From: a virus | Taxonomy: Duplodnaviria; Caudoviricetes | Virus record (IMG/VR): IMGVR_UViG_3300045421_000607 | Location: 1 to 56,631 of that record | DNA length: 56,631 nt | Reading direction: 5' to 3' (one strand) | Part shown: positions 20,214 through 29,628 of the stretch, in pieces | How positions within the stretch are numbered: the stretch's first letter is position 1 | Layout: each line of letters opens with the position of its first letter | Translations under genes and position numbers: made by a program | Notes under the pieces: generated by a model | Databases searched by the model: none | Seen by the model: only the letters and a program-made list of their open reading frames with translations | Told to the model about the DNA's origin: nothing

Positions 20214-21218
20214 CTATCCTCTTCCCAGGTAATATTTTATAAATTTTGTTGTATGATTTATTGATTTTCCATTAGTATGTTTAAACCAATTAATGCTTTT
20301 CGCTCCGTTCAAGAACTTATAACCTATATTAGCTTGAGCGAAAGCTAGCGACCAAATTCTCTCCCATGCGCAAGCTCCAGTTTTATCATTTGGTAACGGG
20401 CAAATATTAATAATATTTGTGCCCAAAACTTTTTCTAGATCTTTTGAAGCAGCAAGAAATGAATTGCAATAAACTATATGAAATGGTTTTGCATAAGATT
20501 TTATAATATCCTTATCTAATCCCGAACTAACATTGGAGCCAATAAATATTGGGTTTTTAGTGCCACGCTTAAAAACTTCTGGCCTTATAACACAATTATT
20601 TTTTTCATCTAGCGTCCATTCTTGGGTTTCTGAATTAAAATCTGCTCTGTCGCACCATCCAGCTACGCATTCTTGAATATGATAATAAAAATTGTTTTCA
20701 TTAAAATTGTTGACCTCTTTTATTTTTTCTGGTTCGAGCAGGATGCTGTCTTGTAAAAATAAAAAAGAATCAAAACAATTTTTATATTTTTTAAAAGCAT
20801 ATATTATAGCCCCGGTTTCATAGTTTTTATTATCGATATCTTCAATAACAATCGAATTATCTATATCTTTAATAATCCTTTGATAGTCTTTGTTTGGAGA
20901 AGACGAATCAATTATAATAATTTGATTATTAGGATAATATTTCTTTATCTTTTCTACAGAAGATATAACGTCTGGAAAATCTTTGACAAAGAATTCTTCT
21001 CCGTCTTTTCTGTAAGTAAATTCAAAAAGTTCTCTATCTTTAAATTTAGTAAAAATTACAAAAGCTGTTTTTTCTTTATTTTTAAATACCTTTGGATTTT
21101 CTTCAATAGGTTTTATGTCAAAAACAAATTTTGCTGTCGTTTCGCCAGATGGCTTACTGCTAGAAAAAATAATATTAGAGTATTTTCTAGTTTTTTTTGA
21201 AGATTTTGGAGGCCACAT
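20214..21218 (-). CDS. GT-A fold glycosyltransferase-like protein
   Basis: IIIIDSSS, NYETGA, FLQDS, AWERIW. Confidence 0.55.
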   Translation of the reverse strand: MWPPKSSKKTRKYSNIIFSSSKPSGETTAKFVFDIKPIEENPKVFKNKEKTAFVIFTKFKDRELFEFTYRKDGEEFFVKDFPDVISSVEKIKKYYPNNQIIIIDSSSPNKDYQRIIKDIDNSIVIEDIDNKNYETGAIIYAFKKYKNCFDSFLFLQDSILLEPEKIKEVNNFNENNFYYHIQECVAGWCDRADFNSETQEWTLDEKNNCVIRPEVFKRGTKNPIFIGSNVSSGLDKDIIKSYAKPFHIVYCNSFLAASKDLEKVLGTNIINICPLPNDKTGACAWERIWSLAFAQANIGYKFLNGAKSINWFKHTNGKSINHTTKFIKYYLGRG

Positions 21219-21233
21219 AAGAACTATATTTTC

Positions 21234-21947
21234 TTAAATGAGCTCTACGCTACTAAATTTTAATCTTGATTCTTTTTTTGTTGTGAAAAAAAACGTTTGG
21301 TATAATCTACCCTCTTCATCTATATTAGAGAATCCATCCGCACCGCTATGTGGTTTCTTGCCTCTGCATAATATAAGTCTATTGAAAACTGCGCCAAGAG
21401 AATCTATAAGCCTCCAATTATTGTCAGGAGTCATCCAGTCATAATTTTTTGATGAATCGAGATTCTCCCACAAGAACAATCCAGAATCATTTGGAGCCTG
21501 AGGATTCAAATATATTAGCCCAACCCATCCGTCTTCCCCTACGCAGTTCCAAACGTCTGTCACATGATTGTGCACCCCCTGACCAATTCTTTGCCCTGTC
21601 TTAGGTTTTAAATGAAAAGAGCAATTCCATTTAGAATTTTTATATAATTTTCCTTCCCATTTTGGATTATCTTGGTTTGGCGTTATATCTTCTTGACTTC
21701 CGTGCGCAGGATAATCTAGATTCCATGCGTCTAAATCAATTTCTTCTCCAGTTATTTTATTTAAATTATATATAAGTGAGGCCGAAGATTTGAAAGGGCA
21801 TTCGTTAGCTCTCTTTGTGGTAGTCGCTTTCCAAGTATTGTTTCCATATGGAAGATAGTAGTTATTTTTTAATTCATTTAATGCATAATTTCTTACTTTA
21901 TATGGATCTTTATAAAAATTTTCAACAATTATTATATCTTTTTTCAT
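21234..21947 (-). CDS. 2OG-Fe(II) oxygenase-like protein (DUF6445-like)
   Basis: IIVENFYKDP, HxxD, GLIYL, FNRLIL...H, RLYQTFFF. Confidence 0.75.
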   Translation of the reverse strand: MKKDIIIVENFYKDPYKVRNYALNELKNNYYLPYGNNTWKATTTKRANECPFKSSASLIYNLNKITGEEIDLDAWNLDYPAHGSQEDITPNQDNPKWEGKLYKNSKWNCSFHLKPKTGQRIGQGVHNHVTDVWNCVGEDGWVGLIYLNPQAPNDSGLFLWENLDSSKNYDWMTPDNNWRLIDSLGAVFNRLILCRGKKPHSGADGFSNIDEEGRLYQTFFFTTKKESRLKFSSVELI

Positions 21948-21966
21948 AAATCAATTAATACGGGAT

Positions 21967-22155
21967 TTATTGTTTTTTATCTAGAGTTTTAAAGAAAAAA
22001 GTTTGAAAAGGCCTAGCGTCTTCTAATAGGTTAAAAAATCCATTGGCTCCTTGACGGGGAATATGGGATTTTTGTAAAATCAATCTATTAAATAGGGCAC
22101 CAAAGTTATCAACTAAAATCCATCTCTTATCTATAATAATTACATCGGACTGCAT
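21967..22155 (-). pseudogene. Truncated paralog of the C-terminus of the adjacent oxygenase
   Basis: WILVDNFGALFNRLIL...GANGF...RPFQTFFF aligns with WRLIDSLGAVFNRLIL...GADGF...RLYQTFFF. Confidence 0.75.
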
Positions 22156-22303
22156 ATATTATATTATACCTTTCAACTTTTAAAAAACCTAACTAATTTA
22201 TCGACTTTTTTTATTTAAAATTCTCTAGATTTTGGTCTATAAATCTTCTATATTTCCGAACAAAAATATTGAATTTTATTCACAAAATAAATTAAAATCT
22301 AAA

Positions 22304-23113
22304 TTACATCATGCGTCTATCTTCTTTTAAGTGAGGTGCATTCATTAAAATAGATTTATGTCTTTCTATAAAAACTTTGCTGTTTTTAAAATTTGCTTGG
22401 AACATCCAGGTCTTCGTCTTGCCATTCTCTCTAGTGCCACCCCATTCTGGTTGAGATACATAATCAATTGAATAAAAACCAGACTTATAACCAAGACTTT
22501 TAGCTCTATAGCATAAATCGTGTTCGTCCATATCTAGTGGAGCATATATCTCATCAAAGTAATTTAATTTTTTGAAAATTTCGTGTTTTAATAATAGAGG
22601 CCCTCTATTCACAGAGTCTCTTATTGCAAAGATATCTCTTTCTGTGCAGTTTTTGTCCGCATGATTTATGTGAATTAAGATGTCTGGCCAACGATCCAAT
22701 TCAAAATCTAATAAATGTATGTCTTTACTATTCTCGTTTATTTTCCAGCTGTGAGCCGTTCTGGCCGTAACAGCGAATATATCATCAAATTTTTTTATTG
22801 GTTGAACTAGCCTAAGATTCCATCCTTCCTCTTTTATTACCATATCGTCTTGTATAATAATAATGTAATCTTCGGAGCTGTTTTTTGCGGCCAGATTATT
22901 TGATCGTGTTTCAAATATATTATTTGCGTATAATATTTTATATTTTATATTAGTATTTTTTAGAAAATTTTTAACTAAAAATTCACTTTGATCGGTGCAT
23001 CCATCTAAGGCTACAATTAGTTCGTATTTGCCTTTTGTGTTTTGTATTATTCCATTCAATACAGATTCGATTAAAAAATCTTTATTGTGTATCGTTAAAT
23101 TTAAGCTAAACAT
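22304..23113 (-). CDS. GT2 glycosyltransferase
   Basis: LDGCTDQS, IQDDM, YFDE...DEHDLCYR. Confidence 0.85.
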   Translation of the reverse strand: MFSLNLTIHNKDFLIESVLNGIIQNTKGKYELIVALDGCTDQSEFLVKNFLKNTNIKYKILYANNIFETRSNNLAAKNSSEDYIIIIQDDMVIKEEGWNLRLVQPIKKFDDIFAVTARTAHSWKINENSKDIHLLDFELDRWPDILIHINHADKNCTERDIFAIRDSVNRGPLLLKHEIFKKLNYFDEIYAPLDMDEHDLCYRAKSLGYKSGFYSIDYVSQPEWGGTRENGKTKTWMFQANFKNSKVFIERHKSILMNAPHLKEDRRMM

Positions 23114-23799
23114 CTAAGAAGATTTTCTTTGTTGCAATCTATGTGAAATCTTTGATACAAAGGAACCGCGCCCATAGAATATTTTATTTTTAAAATAGTT
23201 AAAATGCTCTGGTCTCTTCTATGTTCTATAAATAAATCATCTTTAAGATTGAGGTCGTATCTGTCGTCAAGTATTAGTTTTTTATTTTCGCATAGAGTAA
23301 GCCACTCAGTCAAAAACTTTATATTTTTTTCTGTTCTTCTAAACCCGCATATACCGGCTTCCAATTGAATCGAGGTTTTATATTCTTCTCCAAGATTAAG
23401 TTCTTTAAAAAGTTCTGGTTTAGTATAGCGTCTATTTTCCTTATCTCCTTCATAAAGTATATAATCAAAATATTTAAAATGCTCAGAAAGATATTCTCCT
23501 AAACTTTCGTTTGGAATGTCTGCAGAATCTATATAAAAAACAATATCATCTGCCTCTGATTTGTTTAATTGCTCTAATATTATATACGGTTTCCAAATCC
23601 AATAACCCGCCCCAATTCTTTGAGATAAAATTTCTTTATTTTTTTCTTTAAATTCTTCCGATAAGTCTTTAGGTCCATATTCTATTACGTCATATCCCAT
23701 TGATCTCATTAGTGACGATTGAGCTCGTCTTATTTTTTCGTATTTTTCGTTTGCGTAATTAATTATTTTGATATTTTTTTCTGTATTCAGTTTTAGCAT
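23101..23799 (-). CDS. Putative glycosyltransferase (GT-A-like)
   Basis: GYWIWKPYII, YIDSAD, EHRRDQSIL. Confidence 0.6.
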   Translation of the reverse strand: MLKLNTEKNIKIINYANEKYEKIRRAQSSLMRSMGYDVIEYGPKDLSEEFKEKNKEILSQRIGAGYWIWKPYIILEQLNKSEADDIVFYIDSADIPNESLGEYLSEHFKYFDYILYEGDKENRRYTKPELFKELNLGEEYKTSIQLEAGICGFRRTEKNIKFLTEWLTLCENKKLILDDRYDLNLKDDLFIEHRRDQSILTILKIKYSMGAVPLYQRFHIDCNKENLLRCLA

Positions 23800-24556
23800 A
23801 GAACTCCTTTGTTTGATCTGCTGTAAGACTTTTAAAGTATTGATATAACGACCAATTTTGATTAAAGTAAATATTTTTTTCTGAAGAATCTTGGCCTCTA
23901 TAATGCTGAAGATGGTACACTGGTGATGATTTTATAAAATGTATTCTTTTCTTGAGCTTCAGGAGCCTCTCAAATCTTTCCTTATCTTCTGGCCCGTAGG
24001 ATATAAAATATTCATTTTCCATGCCATTATCTATATAGACCTGCCTGTTAAAGAACTGACAGTGTCCAACTTCACTCAAATGATTTTTCATAGAAAAATC
24101 TGTTTCTATTAGATCTTGTAACAAATAATTTTTTTTAAAATTAACTTTGCCTTGGTTATTGATCTCGTACTGCATTTTCCCATATTCAAATGGATATACG
24201 AGGTCTGCTTGGTCATTAATGATTAGATCATGGGCTAGTTTATATGCTTCTAACGGAAGGATTACGTCTATATCATAATTTATCACACATTTCGTATTTG
24301 ATCTAGATAACATTATATTTAGAAATTTAGTTCTATGGAATGGCATAGACGCTTCTTTTATATCATAGAAAATATAATCTATACTTTTATCTAATAAGTT
24401 TTTCGCTTTTGGCTTTATGTCTGCTTCTAAGATGATTATATTTGTTTTAAAATTGCGCAGTATGTAATCTGTCGTAATCAATAAATTGTTAATTCTATCT
24501 TCAGAATCTATCTTCAGTGGTATAATGAACGTACTCTCCAAGAGATCAATTTTCAT
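23759..24556 (-). CDS. GT2/GT7-like galactosyltransferase
   Basis: NYDIDV DxD motif; GMENEYFISYGPEDKE resembles the GT7 WGxED region. Confidence 0.75.
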   Translation of the reverse strand: MKIDLLESTFIIPLKIDSEDRINNLLITTDYILRNFKTNIIILEADIKPKAKNLLDKSIDYIFYDIKEASMPFHRTKFLNIMLSRSNTKCVINYDIDVILPLEAYKLAHDLIINDQADLVYPFEYGKMQYEINNQGKVNFKKNYLLQDLIETDFSMKNHLSEVGHCQFFNRQVYIDNGMENEYFISYGPEDKERFERLLKLKKRIHFIKSSPVYHLQHYRGQDSSEKNIYFNQNWSLYQYFKSLTADQTKEFYAKTEYRKKYQNN

Positions 24557-25374
24557 AGCTTAATCCACCCAGGACAGTATATATCTTTTGTATCTTTATC
24601 TCCATATCCTTCATTAAACCAACGCTTAGGTGCAATAATTTTTTTATTAATATTTGGATTTAACCATGCGCCCCACCAGCTAAAAGAACTATTAGCTATA
24701 ATATTATGATCGCATATCGTCATTGTAGCTAATTCTAAAAATTGATTCTTTGCGTCGCATATATGGAATCTTTCTTTATTAGAAAAATTACAATAAAGAA
24801 AGTCTATATCATCTGAAAATAATAAAAATTTATATTTTTTACTATCAAAGATTTTAAATGCTTCTTCGTAGTAAGCGTCTAGATCCGTATTGTAGAAATG
24901 TTTTAGATTTAAATAATCTGATTTTCTGAAATGCACTGAAACCAATTCGAATCCCTGCATTGTTTTTGTAAATTCTTTGGCAGAAGAAATTAAATGTTCT
25001 GGGAATCTATATTCGTTACGAACCTCTTCTTTTATATGTTCAAAATATTTTTCCGTTTGAAAATATCCATGTAAATTAACATTGTCTGTTATATTGAAAA
25101 GATCCTCGCAAAAATGCATATATGGTTCTGAGATTGTTCGGTAATTCTTATCAGCGGAATCTTGAGCAGATAATTTAAAGAGTCTAGATAGCGTTAATAT
25201 TTTTTGATTTATATAAATATCTTCGGGAATATCTTTAAGATCAAGCCCATAGTCATTAGAAAAATTAATTCCATACTCGAAATCATTCTTTTTCGCAATA
25301 CCCATTAATGCGGCGTATTGGAACATTTGATTTCCTAGTCTACCATTTAAGCCTATATTGTTCATTGTTATCAT
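24553..25374 (-). CDS. GT11 alpha-1,2-fucosyltransferase
   Basis: GRLGNQMFQYA, GYFQ, SVHFRKSDY, FSDD, NSSFSWWGAWL. Confidence 0.9.
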   Translation of the reverse strand: MITMNNIGLNGRLGNQMFQYAALMGIAKKNDFEYGINFSNDYGLDLKDIPEDIYINQKILTLSRLFKLSAQDSADKNYRTISEPYMHFCEDLFNITDNVNLHGYFQTEKYFEHIKEEVRNEYRFPEHLISSAKEFTKTMQGFELVSVHFRKSDYLNLKHFYNTDLDAYYEEAFKIFDSKKYKFLLFSDDIDFLYCNFSNKERFHICDAKNQFLELATMTICDHNIIANSSFSWWGAWLNPNINKKIIAPKRWFNEGYGDKDTKDIYCPGWIKL

Positions 25375-26300
25375 GTTATTCTGATTAAATTATTATATTC
25401 TTGATTGTCAAATTCAAATTTAGAATCTTCTAGCTTTCCGCCATATCTTAATTCTATGTCTTCGATATATTTTTGTGCTACAAAATTTTTATCTATTATT
25501 GCTGATTTTCTTATAAGATCCATTCCCTCTGCCTCAAGTCCATAATTAAATAGTTCTTCTCCAAATTTACATAATATCTCTGGAGGTAGATCTAAATTTT
25601 GACACCATTTTTGGCTTTTATTATTCGACCTTCTTCTCACAACTCTTCCTATAGATGTATAAGTAGCATCATCGTGATATACTCTAACGGATGGGGCATG
25701 AGTAATCTTGAACTTATTGTCCCTGCATTTTAAAGAAAAATCAGTATCTTCATTATGTTTACCCTGTGCGTATTCATTCAAATTTTTCATGGAATATATT
25801 AATATATTCTCGTCCCATTTTACCTTATCAAATACATATTTTTTCATAACCCAAGATTGGCCTCCAGACATATAGAGATATTGATCCTTTTCGTCTGAGT
25901 TTAAGATACGATGTCCATTAATTGGGCTCAAATAGCATGCGTTATCCCAAAATCTTGTACCGTCTGGAGTTTTCACTCTAGGTGTTAAAATATCAAAATT
26001 CCCATTATTACAAATATTTAGAAACCAATCTTCTGAGAAAAGCATGTCGTCATCAGAAATAACTAAGTTGTCGTAACTAGATTTTCCGCAAGCTAGATTC
26101 CTTAATCCTCCAAGAGATCCTTTGAAAGCTTTATCTTTAGATTCTATATATAGAATATTATTTTCTTTAAATTGAGTATTTGTGTGTCCGCATATAATAA
26201 TCTCGTAATTTTTTATATTCTGATTTTTAATTGTCCTTACTTGATTTATTAGTTTATAATCTTTTTTGCCGTTAGTTATAATAACAAAAGATATATTCAT
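25371..26300 (-). CDS. GT2 glycosyltransferase
   Basis: ISFVIIT, YEIII, RNLAC, SDDDM, WDE...EDTDFS. Confidence 0.8.
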   Translation of the reverse strand: MNISFVIITNGKKDYKLINQVRTIKNQNIKNYEIIICGHTNTQFKENNILYIESKDKAFKGSLGGLRNLACGKSSYDNLVISDDDMLFSEDWFLNICNNGNFDILTPRVKTPDGTRFWDNACYLSPINGHRILNSDEKDQYLYMSGGQSWVMKKYVFDKVKWDENILIYSMKNLNEYAQGKHNEDTDFSLKCRDNKFKITHAPSVRVYHDDATYTSIGRVVRRRSNNKSQKWCQNLDLPPEILCKFGEELFNYGLEAEGMDLIRKSAIIDKNFVAQKYIEDIELRYGGKLEDSKFEFDNQEYNNLIRIT

Positions 26301-26340
26301 TTATAATTATATTTATTTTTAATATTTTAGTATATTTTTT

Positions 26341-26369
26341 TTGACAAAAAGATAAATAAGATATACTAT
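26341..26369 (+). promoter_or_regulatory. sigma70-type promoter TTGACA-17-TACTAT driving a structured RNA
   Basis: Consensus elements lie ~10 nt upstream of the first hairpin. Confidence 0.75.
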
Positions 26370-26375
26370 ATAGAT

Positions 26376-26655
26376 ACATACCGCCAAATTAGCGGATAAG
26401 GTTTGTCGTACTCCGTAAAACGATAAGTCTTATTAGTTCACGCGTGGGCAACGCTATCGGAGCTTGCGACCCAGAAAACTACTAGTAGTAGTAGGTGTGT
26501 AGGTGTAAGGGCTAACACGAGAATGACAGTCCTACCGGTGTCTGATAAGTGTTAGGGCCGAAAGGCTTCTGGACTCAATTGGGAAGTTGAACTAATAGAC
26601 TTTTATAACCCTTTTCCAGGGAAAGCTCCGCTTTGAGGAGCTCATTGGGAAGTTA
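26376..26655 (+). ncRNA. Unidentified highly structured non-coding RNA (~280 nt)
   Basis: GC-richer ORF-free island with multiple helices, two candidate pseudoknots and a GAAA tetraloop (see findings). Confidence 0.7.
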
Positions 26656-26782
26656 AATAATTAAACGTAGTCATACACTCCATTATGTAATTTCATTAAA
26701 ATGTTAATAATAAATTAAAATTTTCTTTCTTAGGAAATAAAACTACTGTAATATCAACATATCTGTTGGAGAAAAGTTTTTA

Positions 26783-29044
26783 ATGAATAAAAGTTTTAAT
26801 GTAAAGAAAAGAAATGGATCTACTGAAAAATTCAACATAGAAAAAATACATAAAGTAATAAATTGGGCTATAAAAGATTTATCAAATGTTAGTTTGACTG
26901 ATATAGAAATAAATGCTAAAATAAATTTACACGATGGAGTATCTACAAAGGAAATACATAATTTATTAATCGAATCTTCTGCTAATTTAATCTCGATAGA
27001 AAAACCAAACTATCAATATGTTGCCGGAAGATTACTGAATTATCAATTAAGAAAAGACGTTTGGAAAGGTAAGCACGCTCCAAGGTTATTAGAATTTCTG
27101 CATCAAGGTTTAAAAAATAAAATTTATGATTCTATTATAATCGAAAAATACGACGAAAACGAGTTAAATAAAATAGGAGAATTTATTGATCATGATAGAG
27201 ATTATAATTTTACATACGCTGGAATAAAACAATTATGCGATAAATATTTAATCAAAGATCGTGTTATTAATAAGATATACGAAACTCCACAATTTGCTTA
27301 TATACTTATTTCTGCCTATGCTTTTATAAATTATCCTAAAGAATCAAGATTGGGCTATATTCGAAAATTTTATGATGCTATAAGTAAGCATAAAATTAAT
27401 CTTCCTACCCCCATAATGGCAGGGGTTAGAACTCCTAGCAAAAATTACGCGAGCTGTTGTCTAATTGGTGTTGATGACACTAAAGAAAGCATAACAGCAA
27501 GTGCTACTGCTGTTAGTATAGCAACTGCAAATAGATGTGGGATTGGAATTGACGTGACTAAGATTAGAGCTATTGGGTCTCCAATCAAAAATGGCGAGGT
27601 TATACATACTGGTCTAGTTCCATTTCTAAAAATATATGAGAGTAGCGTAAAGGCTTGGCAGCAAAACGGTCTTCGAGGAGGTAGTGCTACATGCAATATT
27701 CAATGGTGGCATTATGAAATAGAAGATGTCGTTGTGCTAAAAAATAACGCAGGTACAGACGATAATAGAGTTCGTAAGCTTGATTATACAATCGGCATGA
27801 GTAAATTATTTTACGATAGAGTCTTAAAAGATGAGGATGTAACGCTCTTCAATACCGCAGAGGTCCCCGAGCTTTATGAAGCCTGGGGCACAAAAGACTT
27901 CGACAAAATATATAAAGAATGCGAAGCCAAAAGAACTAAACTTAAAAAGAAGATACCTGCGCGTAAATTATTTTCGTTAATCGTAAAAGAAAGAGTTGAA
28001 ACTGGGAGGATTTATATTTTAAATGTCGATCATGCAAATCAACATGGATCATGGTTAGATAAAATTACGATGAGCAATTTATGCACAGAAGTTATACACC
28101 CAACAATTCCTCTGAATGATTTTAATGATAAGAATGGTGAAATTGGCATGTGTATGCTCTCTGCTATAAATATGCTTGAGATAAAAAATTGGCAAGATCT
28201 TGAGAAAACTTGCGATCTTGTCGTAAGATTTCTTGACGAAATAATTGACACTCAAGATTATTTTAATATTGCTGCAGAAAATTTTGCAAAAAAACGTCGC
28301 AGTATTGGCGTAGGTATAACTAATTTAGCCGCTTTTCTTGCTAAAAATGAATTAAAATATAATTCTGATAAAACACTCCCAGTACTAGACGAGTGGATGG
28401 AACATTTTCAATATTATCTTCTGAAGTCTAGCGTAGAATTAGCTAAAGAGAAAGGCAAGTGCGATAAATTTGATAGAACAAAATATTCCAAAGGTATTCT
28501 TTCCATTGATACATACAAAAATAAAATAGATGAAATTTGTAAACGCAAGCTTTCTCTTAATTGGGAAATTTTAAGAAAAGATATTAAAGAATTTGGATTA
28601 AGACATTCTACTTTATCATCTTGCATGCCTTGCGAGAGTAGCTCTGTTATTCAATCTTCTACAAATGGGGTGGAGCCAATTCGTAGTCTTATTACTTATA
28701 AAATGAGCAAAATGGGTAAATTACCAGTGTTAGTTCCAGGAATTGGAAAGTATGATAAAAATTATGAATTAGCTTATGATTTTAAAGATAATATAGGTCT
28801 ATTAAAAATTAATGCTATTGTTCAAAAATATATTGACATGGCTATTTCTACTAATATATATTACAATTATTTACATTATGAAAATCATATTCTCCCCGAT
28901 GCAAAAGTAATGAAAGAAATTATGTATGCATATAGTTTAGGTTTAATAAGTTTATATTATAATAATAGTGATGACGGAGATAAAGAGCAATTAATGAGCC
29001 AGAAAGAAGACCAAGATTGTCACTCTGGCGCGTGTAAACTTTAA
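26783..29044 (+). CDS. nrdA: Class Ia ribonucleotide reductase alpha subunit with ATP cone
   Basis: VKKRNG ATP cone, ETPQ, ASCC, SNLCTE, MPCESSS...TNGVEP, C-terminal CxxxxC. Confidence 0.97.
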   Translation: MNKSFNVKKRNGSTEKFNIEKIHKVINWAIKDLSNVSLTDIEINAKINLHDGVSTKEIHNLLIESSANLISIEKPNYQYVAGRLLNYQLRKDVWKGKHAPRLLEFLHQGLKNKIYDSIIIEKYDENELNKIGEFIDHDRDYNFTYAGIKQLCDKYLIKDRVINKIYETPQFAYILISAYAFINYPKESRLGYIRKFYDAISKHKINLPTPIMAGVRTPSKNYASCCLIGVDDTKESITASATAVSIATANRCGIGIDVTKIRAIGSPIKNGEVIHTGLVPFLKIYESSVKAWQQNGLRGGSATCNIQWWHYEIEDVVVLKNNAGTDDNRVRKLDYTIGMSKLFYDRVLKDEDVTLFNTAEVPELYEAWGTKDFDKIYKECEAKRTKLKKKIPARKLFSLIVKERVETGRIYILNVDHANQHGSWLDKITMSNLCTEVIHPTIPLNDFNDKNGEIGMCMLSAINMLEIKNWQDLEKTCDLVVRFLDEIIDTQDYFNIAAENFAKKRRSIGVGITNLAAFLAKNELKYNSDKTLPVLDEWMEHFQYYLLKSSVELAKEKGKCDKFDRTKYSKGILSIDTYKNKIDEICKRKLSLNWEILRKDIKEFGLRHSTLSSCMPCESSSVIQSSTNGVEPIRSLITYKMSKMGKLPVLVPGIGKYDKNYELAYDFKDNIGLLKINAIVQKYIDMAISTNIYYNYLHYENHILPDAKVMKEIMYAYSLGLISLYYNNSDDGDKEQLMSQKEDQDCHSGACKL

Positions 29045-29097
29045 TTCTTTAGTAAAAAATACTAGTTATATTTTTAAATTTAACATATAATTTATTT

Positions 29098-29589
29098 ATG
29101 GATAAATCTCCTTTGTCTACTGAAGAACAGAATTTAATAAAATTAAATATAGAAAAATTTCGCTTAGAAGGTTTTACTTTTGATAATTTTTATATAAAAG
29201 AAGCGGGTAAAAACATTTATGGCAAAGATAAAGGTTTAGGAGTTTTTACTAGAGAAAGAATATCTGAAGGGGTTCTTTTTGGATATTTTCCCATGAGTTT
29301 TATTGGTAACAGGAAACTTTATTTAAATATATATAATAATCCTGTCAAAAGGTACGCGCATTGGGCGGCATGTATGTGTGAGAATTGCCAAAAAAACGGC
29401 GCAAGAGGATTTATAGCTTCAATTGGAGTTTTTATAAATTCTCCAGATTCAAAAGAAGATTGGAATTGTCATTATTATGTTGATCGTACCGCAGAAGTTC
29501 TTATTTTAAAATCTATCAAAAATATAGAGGCTAATCAAGAAATTTTAACTTGGTATGGGCAACATTATTATGATAAGTGGTGCACTTGA
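29098..29589 (+). CDS. SET-domain protein (putative lysine methyltransferase)
   Basis: KGLGVFT...I, FINS, NC, KNIEANQEILTWYG...Y. Confidence 0.75.
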   Translation: MDKSPLSTEEQNLIKLNIEKFRLEGFTFDNFYIKEAGKNIYGKDKGLGVFTRERISEGVLFGYFPMSFIGNRKLYLNIYNNPVKRYAHWAACMCENCQKNGARGFIASIGVFINSPDSKEDWNCHYYVDRTAEVLILKSIKNIEANQEILTWYGQHYYDKWCT

Positions 29590-29628
29590 AAGTGTATCTA
29601 TTAGTAAATAGTATAATAAATTAAATAA

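Noticed and set aside
26376-26655. Cobalamin riboswitch, RNase P, hammerhead or HDV-like ribozyme
   Set aside because: It lacks the B12-box arrangement and the RNase P GAGGAAAGUCC. CTGATAAG...GAAA does not close a hammerhead stem II, and GGGCAAC lacks the HDV P1/P3 context.
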